Shown piece after piece: positions 10,903-23,056 of a stretch of 64,000 bases of DNA; positions within the stretch are counted from its first letter, which is position 1, and each line of letters starts with the position of its first letter. The translations under genes were made by a program, and so were the position numbers. The stretch is from Eremomyces bilateralis CBS 781.70. Lineage: Eukaryota. The notes under the pieces are model-generated. The model did no database searches. It had not been told where the DNA came from and saw nothing but the letters and a program-made list of their open reading frames with translations. The stretch is from assembly GCA_010015585.1 (NCBI GenBank), contig ML975153.1. The stretch is one strand, 5' to 3'.

Positions 10903-13162
10903 TCAAAGTTGAAGGAGGTAGCAAGGCTCTGGTTTCCAAATGCAAATTCCCCATTTTTATACCCCTAACAGTGAAAGTTCCCTTTGCCATGGCCAATGGA
11001 CCCCGCGGCGAACTCGAATGACCTGTTACGTACCTTTTGTTAGCAATACGGCCAGGCCATGCCTAACAACATTCATTCAGCGTCGATCCACTCGAGCACC
11101 ATGAAAGTGATGAAACCCTTCTCAGGAGGTGGATTCCAAACCAAGCCACTGAAGTTCAGCTCCCAGTCAAACTCAGGCGACCCAGTCTCTTGGAAGAGGT
11201 CAAGACACAGGTCTTACAAAGTATGTGGACGATGATAATTTCCCAACCATGAGTCCACGAGAAAAAGTAAGTTCAACAGCGATACATCATCCAATCAAGG
11301 AGGACAATTTCTTTTCTCAATAATGAAAAGGAGGAAGGTAGACACTCAGCCTAGCGTGGGTGGCTGGTGAGGGCTGATGCTTAGTACCAGCTTCGAGTGT
11401 CGCAAAATATGGGGTGCCAAAAGGGGTACTATTACCCCTTAAAGCGATTTCATCTATTTTTGTCTAGCATTGAGTTTGGTGCTGCCCAACCCATGAGGCC
11501 GTTCTGCATGTACAGGGCCAAATTTGATCATTGTGAAGTGTGAGCCAGCGAATAGGAACAATTGCAAGGACTATAGACTATGGGACTTCGACGAAATGAA
11601 AGGAAGACCTTCTAGCGGTAAGGAGTTGGAAAGGACTTTTGACTTGCGAAACAGCCGCTGTGACATGGACGCAAGACTGAAGGTATGGAGAGAGGAATCG
11701 AGAGCATGATGGATCATGGATGCAACCAGAGCCCTAAATGAATGTCTGACTCAAGATTGAAGTGCAGGCCCAAGAATTTGCTGGGAATATGAACAGTGCC
11801 CAGGCGGATCGAGATTTGCTGGTTTGGATAACTGTTGGGTAGGTATTTAAGGTTAGTGCCGCCATCATCAAGCCTGCGCCGGTGTCAGCACTAAGGTCGA
11901 GTTAATCCTCTGTCCAGACTCCAGACTCCGGGGCTCCCGGCCTGCACCAAGAGTGAGGCTGAGTCGGACCAGTCAGCATTCTGGACTTTCTTTGTCCAAA
12001 TCGAATTAAGCTCTCGTTACTAAGACATGACGTGGAGACCGCCTGGGAAGCTTGGAACGCTTGAATCGGGCGATCAATGCTTAGATCACGGAATAACCGA
12101 GTTCACAGCCCTGAAGGGCTGAACTGAGTATCTGGCAGCGCCACAGAGGACCTAACATTATCATTGTGGGCCAGGTGAGGGTGAGAATAAGAAAGACTAA
12201 AGGAAAAGAAATTACGGGCGGGTTAGGACGGTCTATCGGAATTTAGAATGACGGAATTGAAACAACTAGATACATTTGTGGTGATTGCTGGTGGATGCTT
12301 GCCTGCGTACGTCCGTATGGTATGGATACGTACTACCATTCAATTAGTGAGTGGAGTGACTGCGCTAAAAGATATTTAGAGCACCATGATCGTCTTGTAG
12401 CAGAGTCAAGAACAAACAGAGCCATATCGCAAGAATCGCGCAATGGTGCGTACTATGACCCAATCCGTTACCGCCGGCCTTAATAAATTCCCCCCTGGGG
12501 TGATTGTTGCGACCAAAAATAAGATTAAAGAAGTGTTGATGCATCTACACGCGTCGATCCATAAAGAGTTCCAGTGGTGAGAGCTGATCAGTGTCGTGTC
12601 AGGGTCGTAGTGAATGATGATACGGTACGATATGAGGTAGGCGACGATCTACGGCCGAAAGAATGTATGCTTGGTATGCTAGATGCCGACTTGCCGGGAC
12701 CACGCAATGGGCACGTTTGAATGCCCGCCTCCTCAAGCCAATCACAAAGATCGATTGTGGAATAATCAATGCAATACCCTGCAGTATTGAACGGAAACGG
12801 TGCAGGCAATGGATTCATGCCAGGCATTAGAATGGGTGCCTTGTCCGACAGGTATTACACAGGACTGAGAAGCATACGACGCGCCAGTGCCATGCTCGCA
12901 TATTTCAAAAGGGGTAACTTCAGCGAGCTGAGTGAATTTTACAGCCACAGAGGAAGAGAATCTTCTCCACCTGTACGTACGAACTTGACGCTTGGATCGT
13001 CGTGACTATATATGATGGTCCAGCCCTCCTGTCACGAGAAAAGGTCGAGAAGACCATCCTGATATCCGCAAGCCTCCACAGGTTCCTACTATTGAACAGA
13101 CTTCGAGTTCATCACGAGACTGACCCCCCAGCAATCCGACAACCTTGCCCGGTAAGGACGAG

Positions 13163-14261
13163 ATGGCGATGCCAGCAAATCAGGTATGCCCACCCAAGTG
13201 CGCAATGCGGACCTCAACAGTCTAACTTATCGAATTTGCAGACCCAAGCAGGGCCGCCCTATCTTCCTCAGGTTTGGTCCTTAGGGGGAGTGGCCAAGGA
13301 CACCCCCGATCTCGCCGCCTCAGGCGCATTCCTAGGCCTGTTCATCTTGGGCGCCGCGGCGCACATGCTCATCCACCGGGCAAACAAGAAAAAAGGCAAA
13401 AGATTTGGCATCTCCCACTTCATCTTCGGTACGCAAACCGCCGTGCCACCACCACCATGACTCTGGCTCCTAACCGTCTCCATAGGCTTCTGCTGCGCCC
13501 GCATTTCGACCCTCGTCCTCCGCATCCTGGTCGTCAAAAACCCGACCAGCGTCGGCACAGCCATCGCTGCGCAGGTCCTCATCCTCTCCGGCGTGCTGCT
13601 GCTCTTCATCGTCAACCTCATCTTCGCCCGCCGCATCATCCGCGCCCAGCACCCGCGCCTCGGCTGGCACCGCACCGTCTCCGCCGGCTTCATTGCCCTC
13701 TTCGTGCTCATCGGCGCCACACTCGCCGCCACCGTCGCCGTGACCGTGTTGATGTTCTACACGCTGAACCCGGACACGCGGCGCGCCGCGCGCGGCGTCC
13801 AGCTGTACGCGGCGACGTTCCTGGCGGTTGTGGCGACGTTGCCGATGCTGATGATGCTGCTCGGCGTGGTGCTGCCGCGGAGAACGCGCGTGGACAAGTT
13901 TGGCGAGGGTAGATTTCGGACGAAGGTCTTGGTGGTGCTGTCGGCGAGCATGCTGCTCTCTTTCGGCGCGTGGTACCGTGCGTTGACTTCGTACATCGAC
14001 CCGGTCCCACGGAGCGAGCCGTTACCCGGGTACTTCGGCAAAGCGCCATTCTACATCGTTATCTTCGGCGTGGAGATTGTGGTGGTGTGGCTCTATTTCT
14101 TCCTTCGGATCGATAAACGATTCAGAACTCCAGATGGCGCAAAAGGACCGGGGTCGTACGCGGCGGGCCAAGGACTTACTCCCCCAAAACCAGGGTCGGA
14201 CATTATTTATACGGAACTCGGGTCCGTCGAGGATCAGTACCACCGTCGAGGAGCGTTTTAG
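13163..14261 (+). CDS. Multi-pass membrane protein, DUF3112-like fungal family
   Basis: ATG 13163; introns 13184-13241 and 13429-13485. Protein GPPYLPQVWSLGG..DLAASGAFLGLFILGAAAHMLIHRAN..FGFCCARISTLVLR..IVNLIFARRIIRAQHPRLGWH..DKFGEGRFRTK..RIDKRFRTPDGAKGPGSY with about 7 hydrophobic segments. Confidence 0.8.
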
Positions 14262-14472
14262 AGTTGGGACGACATTGAGAGCGTCTGCGTCCCATAGATC
14301 TGTCGAGCCTGGGCGTTGCGGAGGGAATTCCTTCATGGACTTAATATTATGGCCTCCCCGACCAGGGATAGCGTAGAAATAGTTTGTGGGAGTCTGTTTG
14401 ACACAATTAGATGCATACCTACCAAAACAACGAGACGAACGAGCTCACCACTCTCTCCAATTCTTGCGATTC

Positions 14473-15729
14473 TTAACCGTGTTTCTTTACGACTTTGATC
14501 CCGCTGTCGCTCGGATTCCACATATCCCCCTCCTCTTTCCTCTCCTGCGATCCGCCTCGACCCCGCAAATCCGCCGCATTCCGCACCTCGCCACCTTCCT
14601 CTTCTTCCGCCGGCAACCCCGCCTCCTCCCTCCACCCCTTCCGCTCTATCTCATCGAACTCCGCCCGCCGCGTCACCCAGCGCTCTTGCACGTCCCGCGC
14701 ATCCATCATCGTCGCGCCCTCCCGCATCGCCGTCTGCCAGACGGCTGCCTCGTTTGATGCCTCCGCATCGCCGGGCCGGCCGGTGAAGATATAGCCGCCG
14801 GCGGTGTCGATCGCACGGAGCAGGGTCATCATCGACTGCTTGTCTTCCACGGCGAGGGTGTGGAAAGAGAGGAGGCCGAAGTCGGTGACTAGCTCTGCGA
14901 GGGCGAGGCCGAGGCGGGCGAGCTTTGATTGGGGCTTGGTGGTGTCGGGGTGGCCGGTGTCGGAGGGTAGGGAGGTGGGTTGGCGGGGGAAAAGGCGCTG
15001 TTCGTCCTCCATGTATGGGAGGAGGTAGGTGAGGTCGTGGACTTCGGTGTAGAACTCCAGACCGAAGGGAAGAGGCGGGTAGCTCGCGAGATTGTCGATT
15101 TTGGTGAAGACGTTCAGGTGGGGAAGCTCCATTTGCAGCATGCCGCGGAGGGCAACTAGGAGTGCGGAGATGTAGAGTGATGGTTGTGTTAGGACATGAC
15201 TGTCGAGGAGGTGTAGAACTACTAGCTGTTGCAATGGTTAGTCCTGTTCTACCTGGGGAGAAAGGATATGGGAGGGAGAGCGGACTCTGTACCCTATCTT
15301 CTGCAGGTGCACGAAGATGTTCTTCAAGGACGCGTGATGGGTGAAGAGCTCGACTTGTCCAGGGCAATCAAATATGACATACTGATCTAAAGCGAAAGTT
15401 AGACCGTAGTAGCTAGATATCATCGGGGACAAAATACCCTCTCCGAGGCCTTTAAGTCCCTCGTCGAGCCATGACATGTTATGTTCTAGCTCTTCCAGGG
15501 CATATAAAATCGCTCCATTCGGCCCCAGCTCCTCGTCCTTCATGATCTCATCAAGGGTGACGAGATCCCGAATATCCAGCGCCGCTTCATAAGAGGTCCG
15601 ATCATTGGCGGGATCGAGATTGACAATGGAACAATTGCGCCCGATTGCGCCCATGAATTGCTGCATCCCATCGCAATATGTCGACTTTCCGGAGCCTGGC
15701 GGCCCGATCACTAGCTGTCCGAACGGCAT
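14473..15729 (-). CDS. GPN2: GPN-loop GTPase 2 (RNA polymerase II/III biogenesis)
   Basis: MPFGQLVIGPPGSGKSTYC P-loop, NLDPAND, ELGPNG (GPN motif), FDCPGQVELFTHH and ELPHLNVFTKID. Two short introns join ORFs 15238-15753 and 14473-15234. Confidence 0.93.
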
Positions 15730-16759
15730 GGTGAGAGCATGCTTCGATTTCAAGACGTGCTGTCTCAGTATGTAGGAATGTCGACTCCTGGGTTCGAGGC
15801 TGTAACGTAGTCCGGAATGGAGGCGTTCAAGTCATAGAAAATGGGATTAAGAATATAAGTTCGATTTCGTTCCATCAGTTGTGAGTTCTAATAATCCAGG
15901 GCTGCGCAACTCTAAATATTTATGCCTGAGGCTCCAAGATACCACCAGAAATTCCATCAATAATGCAGCCATACAGATAGTAGTAGTATCACCAGCTGTA
16001 CCTCCGGTCATTACGAATATTGCAGGAGTCAACTCGGTTGTCCTTGTTGGGATTTTATTCGCAGCAGGAATATCGACCATAGCACTCGACTTCTCCTTAG
16101 ACTTTAGTCGCTGAACCGCCGACGAACTTAAACCAATTCTCGCCTGGGGGGCTGTCTACTGTAATGGACATTAATCGAGGTCCCTAGCAGTACATAAGTG
16201 GCTCGTGTTTTGGTGATTCCACGCTTGATTAGCCGTGGTTGAAAAGGAGTGAATTCAGCAACATAGTCAAATTGGTGCAGTGCCATTTAAGTACATCCCT
16301 TGGTGCCATAGCAAAGAGTGATCGTGATAGCATGATAGACCGAGCGTAGAGCAGGGCACATCGTGATATGGTTGTGCATTCCTCGATGGCCTTCCCGGAG
16401 TATCGCTCGAACCGGCAGGTCGTAGCAAACCCGGATCGTGCGTGCGCGAGGATACTCGATACCGGTTCACGACGAGATCACATACCGGGTGTCAGCCGAT
16501 CGTCGTGAACCTTTACCTTCAATTGGAAACGCTGATAATCAGATGCTAAATAATAGTGCCACACGAGGGAACCAATCCCAACTCCGTATCAGAGACGACA
16601 TTCACAAGGGCGCCATTACGCCTCTCGCGTCGTCCGTCCGTAGGTGATGTGAAGGAGGGAGGTATTCCATGTGCCAACGTAGGCGTACCTATCGTAACGC
16701 ATGACGATTTATCTTCCTCGCTTCACGGTATCGCCCTCCGGCTGCGTGGTGAAGCCAGT

Positions 16760-17132
16760 TTAAAAGTTGCCACCCACTTGCTCTTGGTGCACTTCCAAGG
16801 TGTCGCCGTCTTGCATTTCGAGCTGGGAGAACGGATGGGTTAGTCACGGCGCAGGCGACAGAAACAATCCATTCGTAAAGCGCACTACTTACCGAATCGG
16901 GGTTATCGGTCGGATGAACGCGTTGGCCATCGAAGAGAAACCGCACGCTCTGTGGACTTCTTCCACTCCGTTCGCAGAAGGCGTCCATAAGCTTTTTGAG
17001 GTAAGTTGAGCGCTTGATCTTGAAGAAGACCTCGTTATTGTTGTCGGTCACTTTGATATTGAGGTGCTCCACCGGAGGTACCGGGCCATCCTCTTGACGC
17101 GCCGCGTTGTCGGGTGAGTTTTCTCCGGACAT
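16760..17132 (-). CDS. SMT3: SUMO (small ubiquitin-like modifier)
   Basis: EHLNIKVTDNNNEVFFKIKRST.LKKLMDAFCER..VRFLFDGQRV. Intron 16892-16823 is followed by LEMQDGDTLEVHQEQVGG-NF*. An alternative in-frame ATG lies at 17141. Confidence 0.96.
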
Positions 17133-17212
17133 ATTGGTCATTGGTGCGGTGATGTCTCGTGGACTGAGTAGTAGTGGGAAAGCGGTTTTGGTGCGTTGTT
17201 GGAGTTAGAGGC

Positions 17213-17313
17213 CTGAAGAGGTGAGAAGGTCAGAGGTGAGTAGGTTAGAGGCGAGAAGGTCAGAGTTTGAAGGCTAGAGGTGAAAGCTAGAGGTGAAGGC
17301 TAGAGGTGAGAAG
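17213..17313 (-). repeat. Tandem array of about 7 imperfect 13-16 nt units at the 3' end of a predicted SUMO 5'-UTR intron (17406-17213)
   Basis: Minus strand reads cttctcacctctag ccttcacctctag ctttcacctctag ccttcaaactctgac cttctcgcctctaac ctactcacctctgac cttctcacctcttcag. A GTAAGT donor lies at 17406. Confidence 0.75.
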
Positions 17314-18093
17314 ATCAACGAGGTGATCGCATGAAATATATCGAGTTCAGTGCGACACGACAGGAGGGCATGATGTTGAGAAGTCCGTCTTCTTGGGCTC
17401 ACTTACCAGGAAGTGATAGGTCACGAACCGGTTGTCGGAGTTAATGGCGGTAAGAGCGGTAAGAGCGCGTCTTGTGTTGGTCGTTGCTCGGGTGGTAGAT
17501 GAGAGAGAGAGTAGTGGTTGCTGGAGTCAGAGTATGGATACGAGATGATGAGAAGTGGAAGTCCAGAGGCGAAAGGAGGCGAGAAAGTGAGTCTGATGAT
17601 GTTTGGAGAAGGTGTTGGTGGTTGATGGTGGGGTTGATATTGGATGTCGATTGGTGGGATGAAAGACGTAAAGAAGGTTTCAGGTGCTAGGACTGGGTGT
17701 ATTGTTATTATTCTTATTACTAAGAGATTCTTTTTGTTCCGTTTAGTAAACTTTAGTTAGAGAATTGATGATGGAAATGCCTGGAATCTGCCTGACTGCC
17801 TGCCTGGATGCCTAAGCAGAGGTTGCCTCCTTGTTTCGGTTCTCTCCTCAGCTAATGGCAAAAGAGAACCGTGATGGATTTCCTGCTCAGACCGCATACA
17901 ATGAGATGCAACCACAGCAAAACGTGCAACTCTATTATCACCATTGAATTTAAACTTATATAATTGGCTAGTGGCACTGTTATCGGATCAGTTTCCACTT
18001 GGTGTCCTCAATTTGTCTTTGTGCTCCGTTCTTCAATGCGAGATACATGCAGCACATTGTCAACCCGTTCTCTTGACATCATTAGAGCAAGTC

Positions 18094-18556
18094 ATGGTAT
18101 GAGGCCGATGTCAGTCCTGCCATGCCCATCTGTTAAACCTCTCATGTAGGGCGTCGAGGAGGATCTCAAAACAGATCCGCCATGCCATCCACGCGCATGT
18201 GCCATCCAGAGTACGTTAGAAATCTCTTCCTATTTCACTCAGGTAGTGGTGACTGAGAGCCGTCTTTAGATTGCATACAGAAGTCGAATTACAACGAAGA
18301 CAAGTGCAAGAAAGAGGTAAGACACTTCAAGTTCCTTGTCTCTGGATGTCTAACCCATGCGCCAGATTGACGCGCTCTATGAATGCTGCAATGCATTCTA
18401 CAAGAAGAATGGAGAAGAGGCGTCCACAGTGAGCTGTCCGAAATTCTCGCTTCTCAAGTGCGTCATCTCCAAGCTCCTAAATTCATCCATCTGTCGGTAT
18501 CAAGTGAATTGACCCGATCCAGACTCAAGATGAAGCAGCGAGGCATCCAGCAATAG
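18094..18556 (+). CDS. CMC4: Mitochondrial intermembrane-space twin-Cx9C protein Cmc4/MTCP1 family (78 aa, 5 exons)
   Basis: Exons 18094-18096 (ATG only), 18150-18210, 18270-18316, 18366-18457 and 18523-18556 total 237 nt. They encode MGVEEDLKTDPPCHPRACAIQNCIQKSNYNEDKCKKEIDALYECCNAFYKKNGEEASTVSCPKFSLLKLKMKQRGIQQ*. All four introns are GT..AG. Confidence 0.92.
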
Positions 18557-19069
18557 GGGATTTGACATGATAAGTGTGTCACGTCTAGGTTGAAGCCGCG
18601 CGAATCTCTAGAGGATTATGGAACGGGGAACAACGGTAGACGCGTGGAAATTAATCTTAGGCTATCGTGAGCACGCAAGAGGTCTGATGACCTGAGCAAA
18701 CACTGTAAAATTTCGTTTGACCGAGACTCTATGACAGCCTTGTAAAAGACATTGTGAAGAGAAGAAGAAGAAGAGAGAAACTTTTTGGCGGTTTTATGCT
18801 GGTGAAGGAGAAAGTACGGATGCCTTGATGCCTTGGTGCGTAATTTATCACGCTAGGCCTCATATGGTTAGCTTAGTTTATACAGCAGCGTGTTTGGGAT
18901 CTTCCTCTCACGAAAAGTGAAGCTCCCCAGCTCTGCAACCTCTTGAAGCTCATAACGTTCAACTATTATCGATCAGGATGAGCTCAGCCGCCTAAATCTG
19001 ACGTTGGCCAGCTCACGTCCTCTATGCCCAAGGTAGTGGTTAACGTTCCACATCTTCAAGCTCGTTGAA

Positions 19070-22000
19070 ATGGCAGCTTTCAATCTCCGGTCCGCGCCTT
19101 CACGGAACCTAGGTCTTCGTGATGTGAGTTCACAAACCTCGTGCCAGCGCGTTTTATTTCATTGATGATTGACTCTGGCGAGCAGCAACGTGGTCATCCC
19201 CTACGCCAGGTATCCCAAGAAGCACCACCCGCCGCTCCCGCGCAATCGAACGAGGAATACCTCCGATCTTTCCGTACCGCCGTGGATCGAATCAGTGATG
19301 AAGTGGAAGCCTTCGCGGAGCAGGTAGATGTGTGGACCACGGACTTTCTTCGTCACAAAGATGTCCCGGAGGAACGTCGGAAGGAGTTGCACTTCAAGAA
19401 TACTCTGCGCTTGCTCAACACCTTGAGCGACATCGCCGACAAGAGCGCGCAAAAGAGGATCCAGGAGTCAGGTGGCGCGCTACGATTCTCGGGTAGTTTC
19501 CAGCTCGACCCTAATGGGAAGGAAATTCCCAAGTTGGACAATCCGCAGACCTTCCTCGAGTCGTCCGATACATGGAAATTGGTGCAGCGACTCTACAAAT
19601 TCCAGTTCGAGTTCCAGGGAGCCTTGAAACAGCGGATTGAGGAGCAGGAGGCCCAACGCACACCGAGCATCACGTCCCCGCAAGATGTGTCCACGGAATC
19701 GAAGCGAATTTGGGAGGAGTTTCTGGCCTCGGAGGCCTCCGCCCGGGAGCGTTGTGAGATTCTGGCATGGTTGGAGGGCAAGTCTGGCGTGACTGAGGAC
19801 AAGCTTGAGGAGAAAATGCAACAGTTGGAAATCCAATCGGGAACAAACGGCACCTGGTCCGGGGGATGGATGAATTCCCGAGCGGAAGTTAAGAACGCAA
19901 AGCGGTTTCGCAACGTGGATGGGCCGCTCAGCGAGGACGGGCCGATTATCCGCGCAAACGATGGAATCGCGACGCTGGTTTCGCATCTTGATCCCGATGC
20001 GCCCTCCCGGGAGTTACGACAGGTTGCGAAGGAGGATTCACATCGAGAAATGGCACACTGGGGCCGTTGCTATCAAATGCTCCGCACCCGATCCGCCGAG
20101 GAGACGGTCGAGGAGTTCTGTAAGGACAGGCAGGAATCATGGCGTGCCGCAACGCTGGGCGTCTTTTCATCGGCCCCCGAGCAACGCGTGTGCATCCCCG
20201 GTGCCGACTGTGGCGCCCTGTTCCGACGAATGTGCTACTCTGCTGCCCGAAACCCCAAGGCCGATCGCTACGAACAAGCGTGCTACGGCCTTCTTGGGGG
20301 ATATATTCCCGCTGTGGATGCCGTTGCCGAGGACCGCGATGATTACCGATATGCAAGGGTGAACGCGGAACTGATCTGGCAGTTTGATGCCTATGTTCGT
20401 TCAAAACACCCGGAGTTGATACCTCGAACGATCGATCGATTCGACGCGGGCGTACCAGATGCCGGCTCTGAGGCTCTATTTTCTCTGGCGCATAAATGGG
20501 GGCAACGATCACCCGCACAGAGTGTCCAAGATGTTTTCATGGAGAATCGATTCTTGAACCTGACCACGTTTCTGGGCGCGTTCCTAAGCAAGCACGAGAC
20601 GCAGGCGGACGGAGTCCCTGCCGATTTACGTTCTAGAATGGAGGCTCCGGATATTCCTGTCGCCCAGGACGACCCGAAATGGAGTTTCCCTTTCAAGCTT
20701 GACCCCTTGCTTAATGACGAGAACGTTCTTCGACTGGTCACCCATCTAGTCCTTATCTACGACAGCTTCCGCTGGTGTTCACCGACATCCGCGGATGACT
20801 CGATATCTCGGTCCCCAAACGCGGGGGAACCACTTGCCACGCTTCACCGGAACATCATCCTGCATTACATAAATTTCCTCCAGCGCGCAGGCAAGTTCGA
20901 GCTCATCCCTACCTATGCGGCTCACCTGGGGCACGAGATAGGCCCCAGGCGTATCGCCCCGGAGCTTCTACAGATCACGAGCACCGATGAGAAGAGGATG
21001 ATTGTCAACTTGCTGGAAGAGAACGACTTGAGCATGAAAAATCTCCTGGAAGGCCTGTTCGTATGGGCGTTAGAGACAAGTTCTCTGGGCAACGACAACC
21101 CGGCGCAGCCTCGTTTCCGAATGATAATCGACAAATGGGACGGCAAACGGTATCCCGACATTCTCAGAGATCGATTCGGCGAGCTCCCGCCGTCCGCACC
21201 GCTGGAGGAGACCATCCCCGACGACGAGGCCATGATCCTTCGTGCCATGGAGTGGGTCTTGCTCGTCGACGGGCATTGGGAGACATCGTTCGTCGTGCTG
21301 TCGCTGGCAATGGTCGGGTTTCTCCGCAGCGGCAAGTATTACGCGGCGAAGGCGCTCCTCGACGTCGCGTCGTTCAAGGACGTGTCGGAGCAGAAGACGC
21401 CGTACTATTTTAAGCACTCGTTCAACCTGGCGGATGACGGACTTCCAGCCGAAGCGGAGGACATTATCGTTAGTACCTTGTATCTGCGAGTTTATGGTTG
21501 GTACTGATGGTCTTTCTAGCATGTGAACAGCGAGGGGCAAGATTCCTGCGCGAACATTATGATCGAGCAAGCTCAAGCGTTTATCGATATGGAAGCGCTT
21601 GTGCGTGCGATCAGCGCCATCGAGACATGGGCGGAGTTCGTCGCCTTGCATCGGCCTGGGTAGAACACCCTTGTACTTTCCTTTTATGAGATGTCCATGC
21701 TTACCGCTATACAGGGACGGCACGCTTGCAGCCTTTTCGCCTGATAACCGAGCTGTAGCCAGAGACATCATGGACGATCTCCAGCAAGCAATGCAACCTC
21801 TCCTCCATGACGAGTTCTTACTCGACCTAGTCAACTTCGAGGGTCACTCTCCCCCCTCCGCCGCCCACCCATCCACTAACCCCCTCCCAGCCCCCGAATA
21901 TCACAACCTCCAAACCGCCCTCACCTCCGTCCGCCGCGCCTACCTTCCCGAAGTCATCCTCGCCTACCTCGCCTGCCTCAGCGTCGCCACCACCGTCACG

Positions 22001-22252
22001 GGGCGCGACTACATCTCCGTCGCCTACGAGGTCGCGCGCGACATCGCGCGGAAGAGCGGGGCACTCGTTGCGGACGCGTTCGTGGCGGCCGGGCGCATGG
22101 AGGAGCTGGTCACGTCGATGGCGCTGGCGAGTCGGGTGCTGTTGGGGCAGTTGCAGGAGTGTGGGGATGATAAGCGGGCGAAGGCGGCGCTGAAGAAGAA
22201 GAGATGGCAGGAGGAGGCGTGGCGGATTTGGGATATCGGTAGGTTGAAATGA
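19070..22252 (+). CDS. NUP84: Nucleoporin Nup84/Nup107 family
   Basis: LVSHLDPDAP, CKDRQESWRAATL, LFRRMC..YEQACYGLLGG, ELIPTYAAHL and VRRAYLPEVILAYL motifs. A short first exon starts at ATG 19070. Introns at about 19124, 21469-21519 and 21660-21713 restore one frame. Confidence 0.88.
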
Positions 22253-22563
22253 GCGGTGCAACGCCGGCAAATCTCTACCACAGCTACGTCGTTATCAGGA
22301 CTTTAGAAGCTTTGTTTTTTGTTAGGATACCGCTTCGGCCGTAATTGCATCGTTCTCAGGCGTCCATGGAAGCATTGTGTCGAATTGGGACACCGCGATG
22401 CAGGGAAGAAGCTAAACAATCAAAAGGTTCTAGAGCCAATTCCTTGCTTGGTGAAATTTATAAAGTCGAACTATCCCAACAGAAGATATATAATATACTC
22501 TACCCTCACTTCATTGCCCACTCTACCCACATTTCGAGAGCCATTCGTCAAGATCTATTCGTA

Positions 22564-22998
22564 ATGTCTTCTCCACCTGACGCCGGCATCGCTCGTGCCC
22601 ACCTCCGCGTCGCCCGACCGACCGACAACCTCGACGTGCTGCTTCATTTCTACGAGGCAGGACTCGGCTTCTCCGTGCTCTTCCGATTCGCAGACCACGC
22701 TGGCTTCAACGGTGTCATGCTCGGCCATCCGTCCGCCGACTATCATCTCGAATTCACATCGAACCGTGAACATTCGGTGGGACGATGTCCAACGTAAGAT
22801 CACCTGCTGGTGTTCTACTTGCCGGATTCAGAGCAGTGGGAGAAGGCGGTCGGGAGGATGGAGAGGCAGGGCTATCGTCCGGTTGGGTCGTTGAATCTGT
22901 ACTGGGATGTGCATGGGAGGACGTTTGAGGATCCGGATGGGTATCGAGTGGTGTTGCAGAACGCGGGATGGTCAAACCGGCTACAGAGCGAAGCATAA
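22564..22998 (+). pseudogene. Intronless VOC/glyoxalase-fold protein (YycE-like) with one in-frame TAA at 22795-22797
   Basis: One frame reads AHLRVARPTDNLD..FYEAGLGF..FADHAGFNGVMLGHPSADYHLEFT..GRCPT*DHLLVFYLPD..WEKAVGRME..YWDVHGRTFEDPDGYRVVLQNAGW. Family-like sequence continues directly across the stop. Confidence 0.8.
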
Positions 22999-23056
22999 CT
23001 TCGAGGACGGCAGCGGCGCAGATGCAGTGTTGGATATTATTCTAATATATCTCCGC

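Noticed and set aside
12530..12580. LWIDACRCIN on the minus strand, resembling the HET-domain LWIDALCI motif
   Set aside because: It is a single short motif with no other HET elements and many stops nearby, so a chance match is likely.
15780..15810. GGTTCGA T-loop-like motif (similar ones near 1450 and 3570) as tRNA genes
   Set aside because: No cloverleaf stems or correctly spaced A box could be built.
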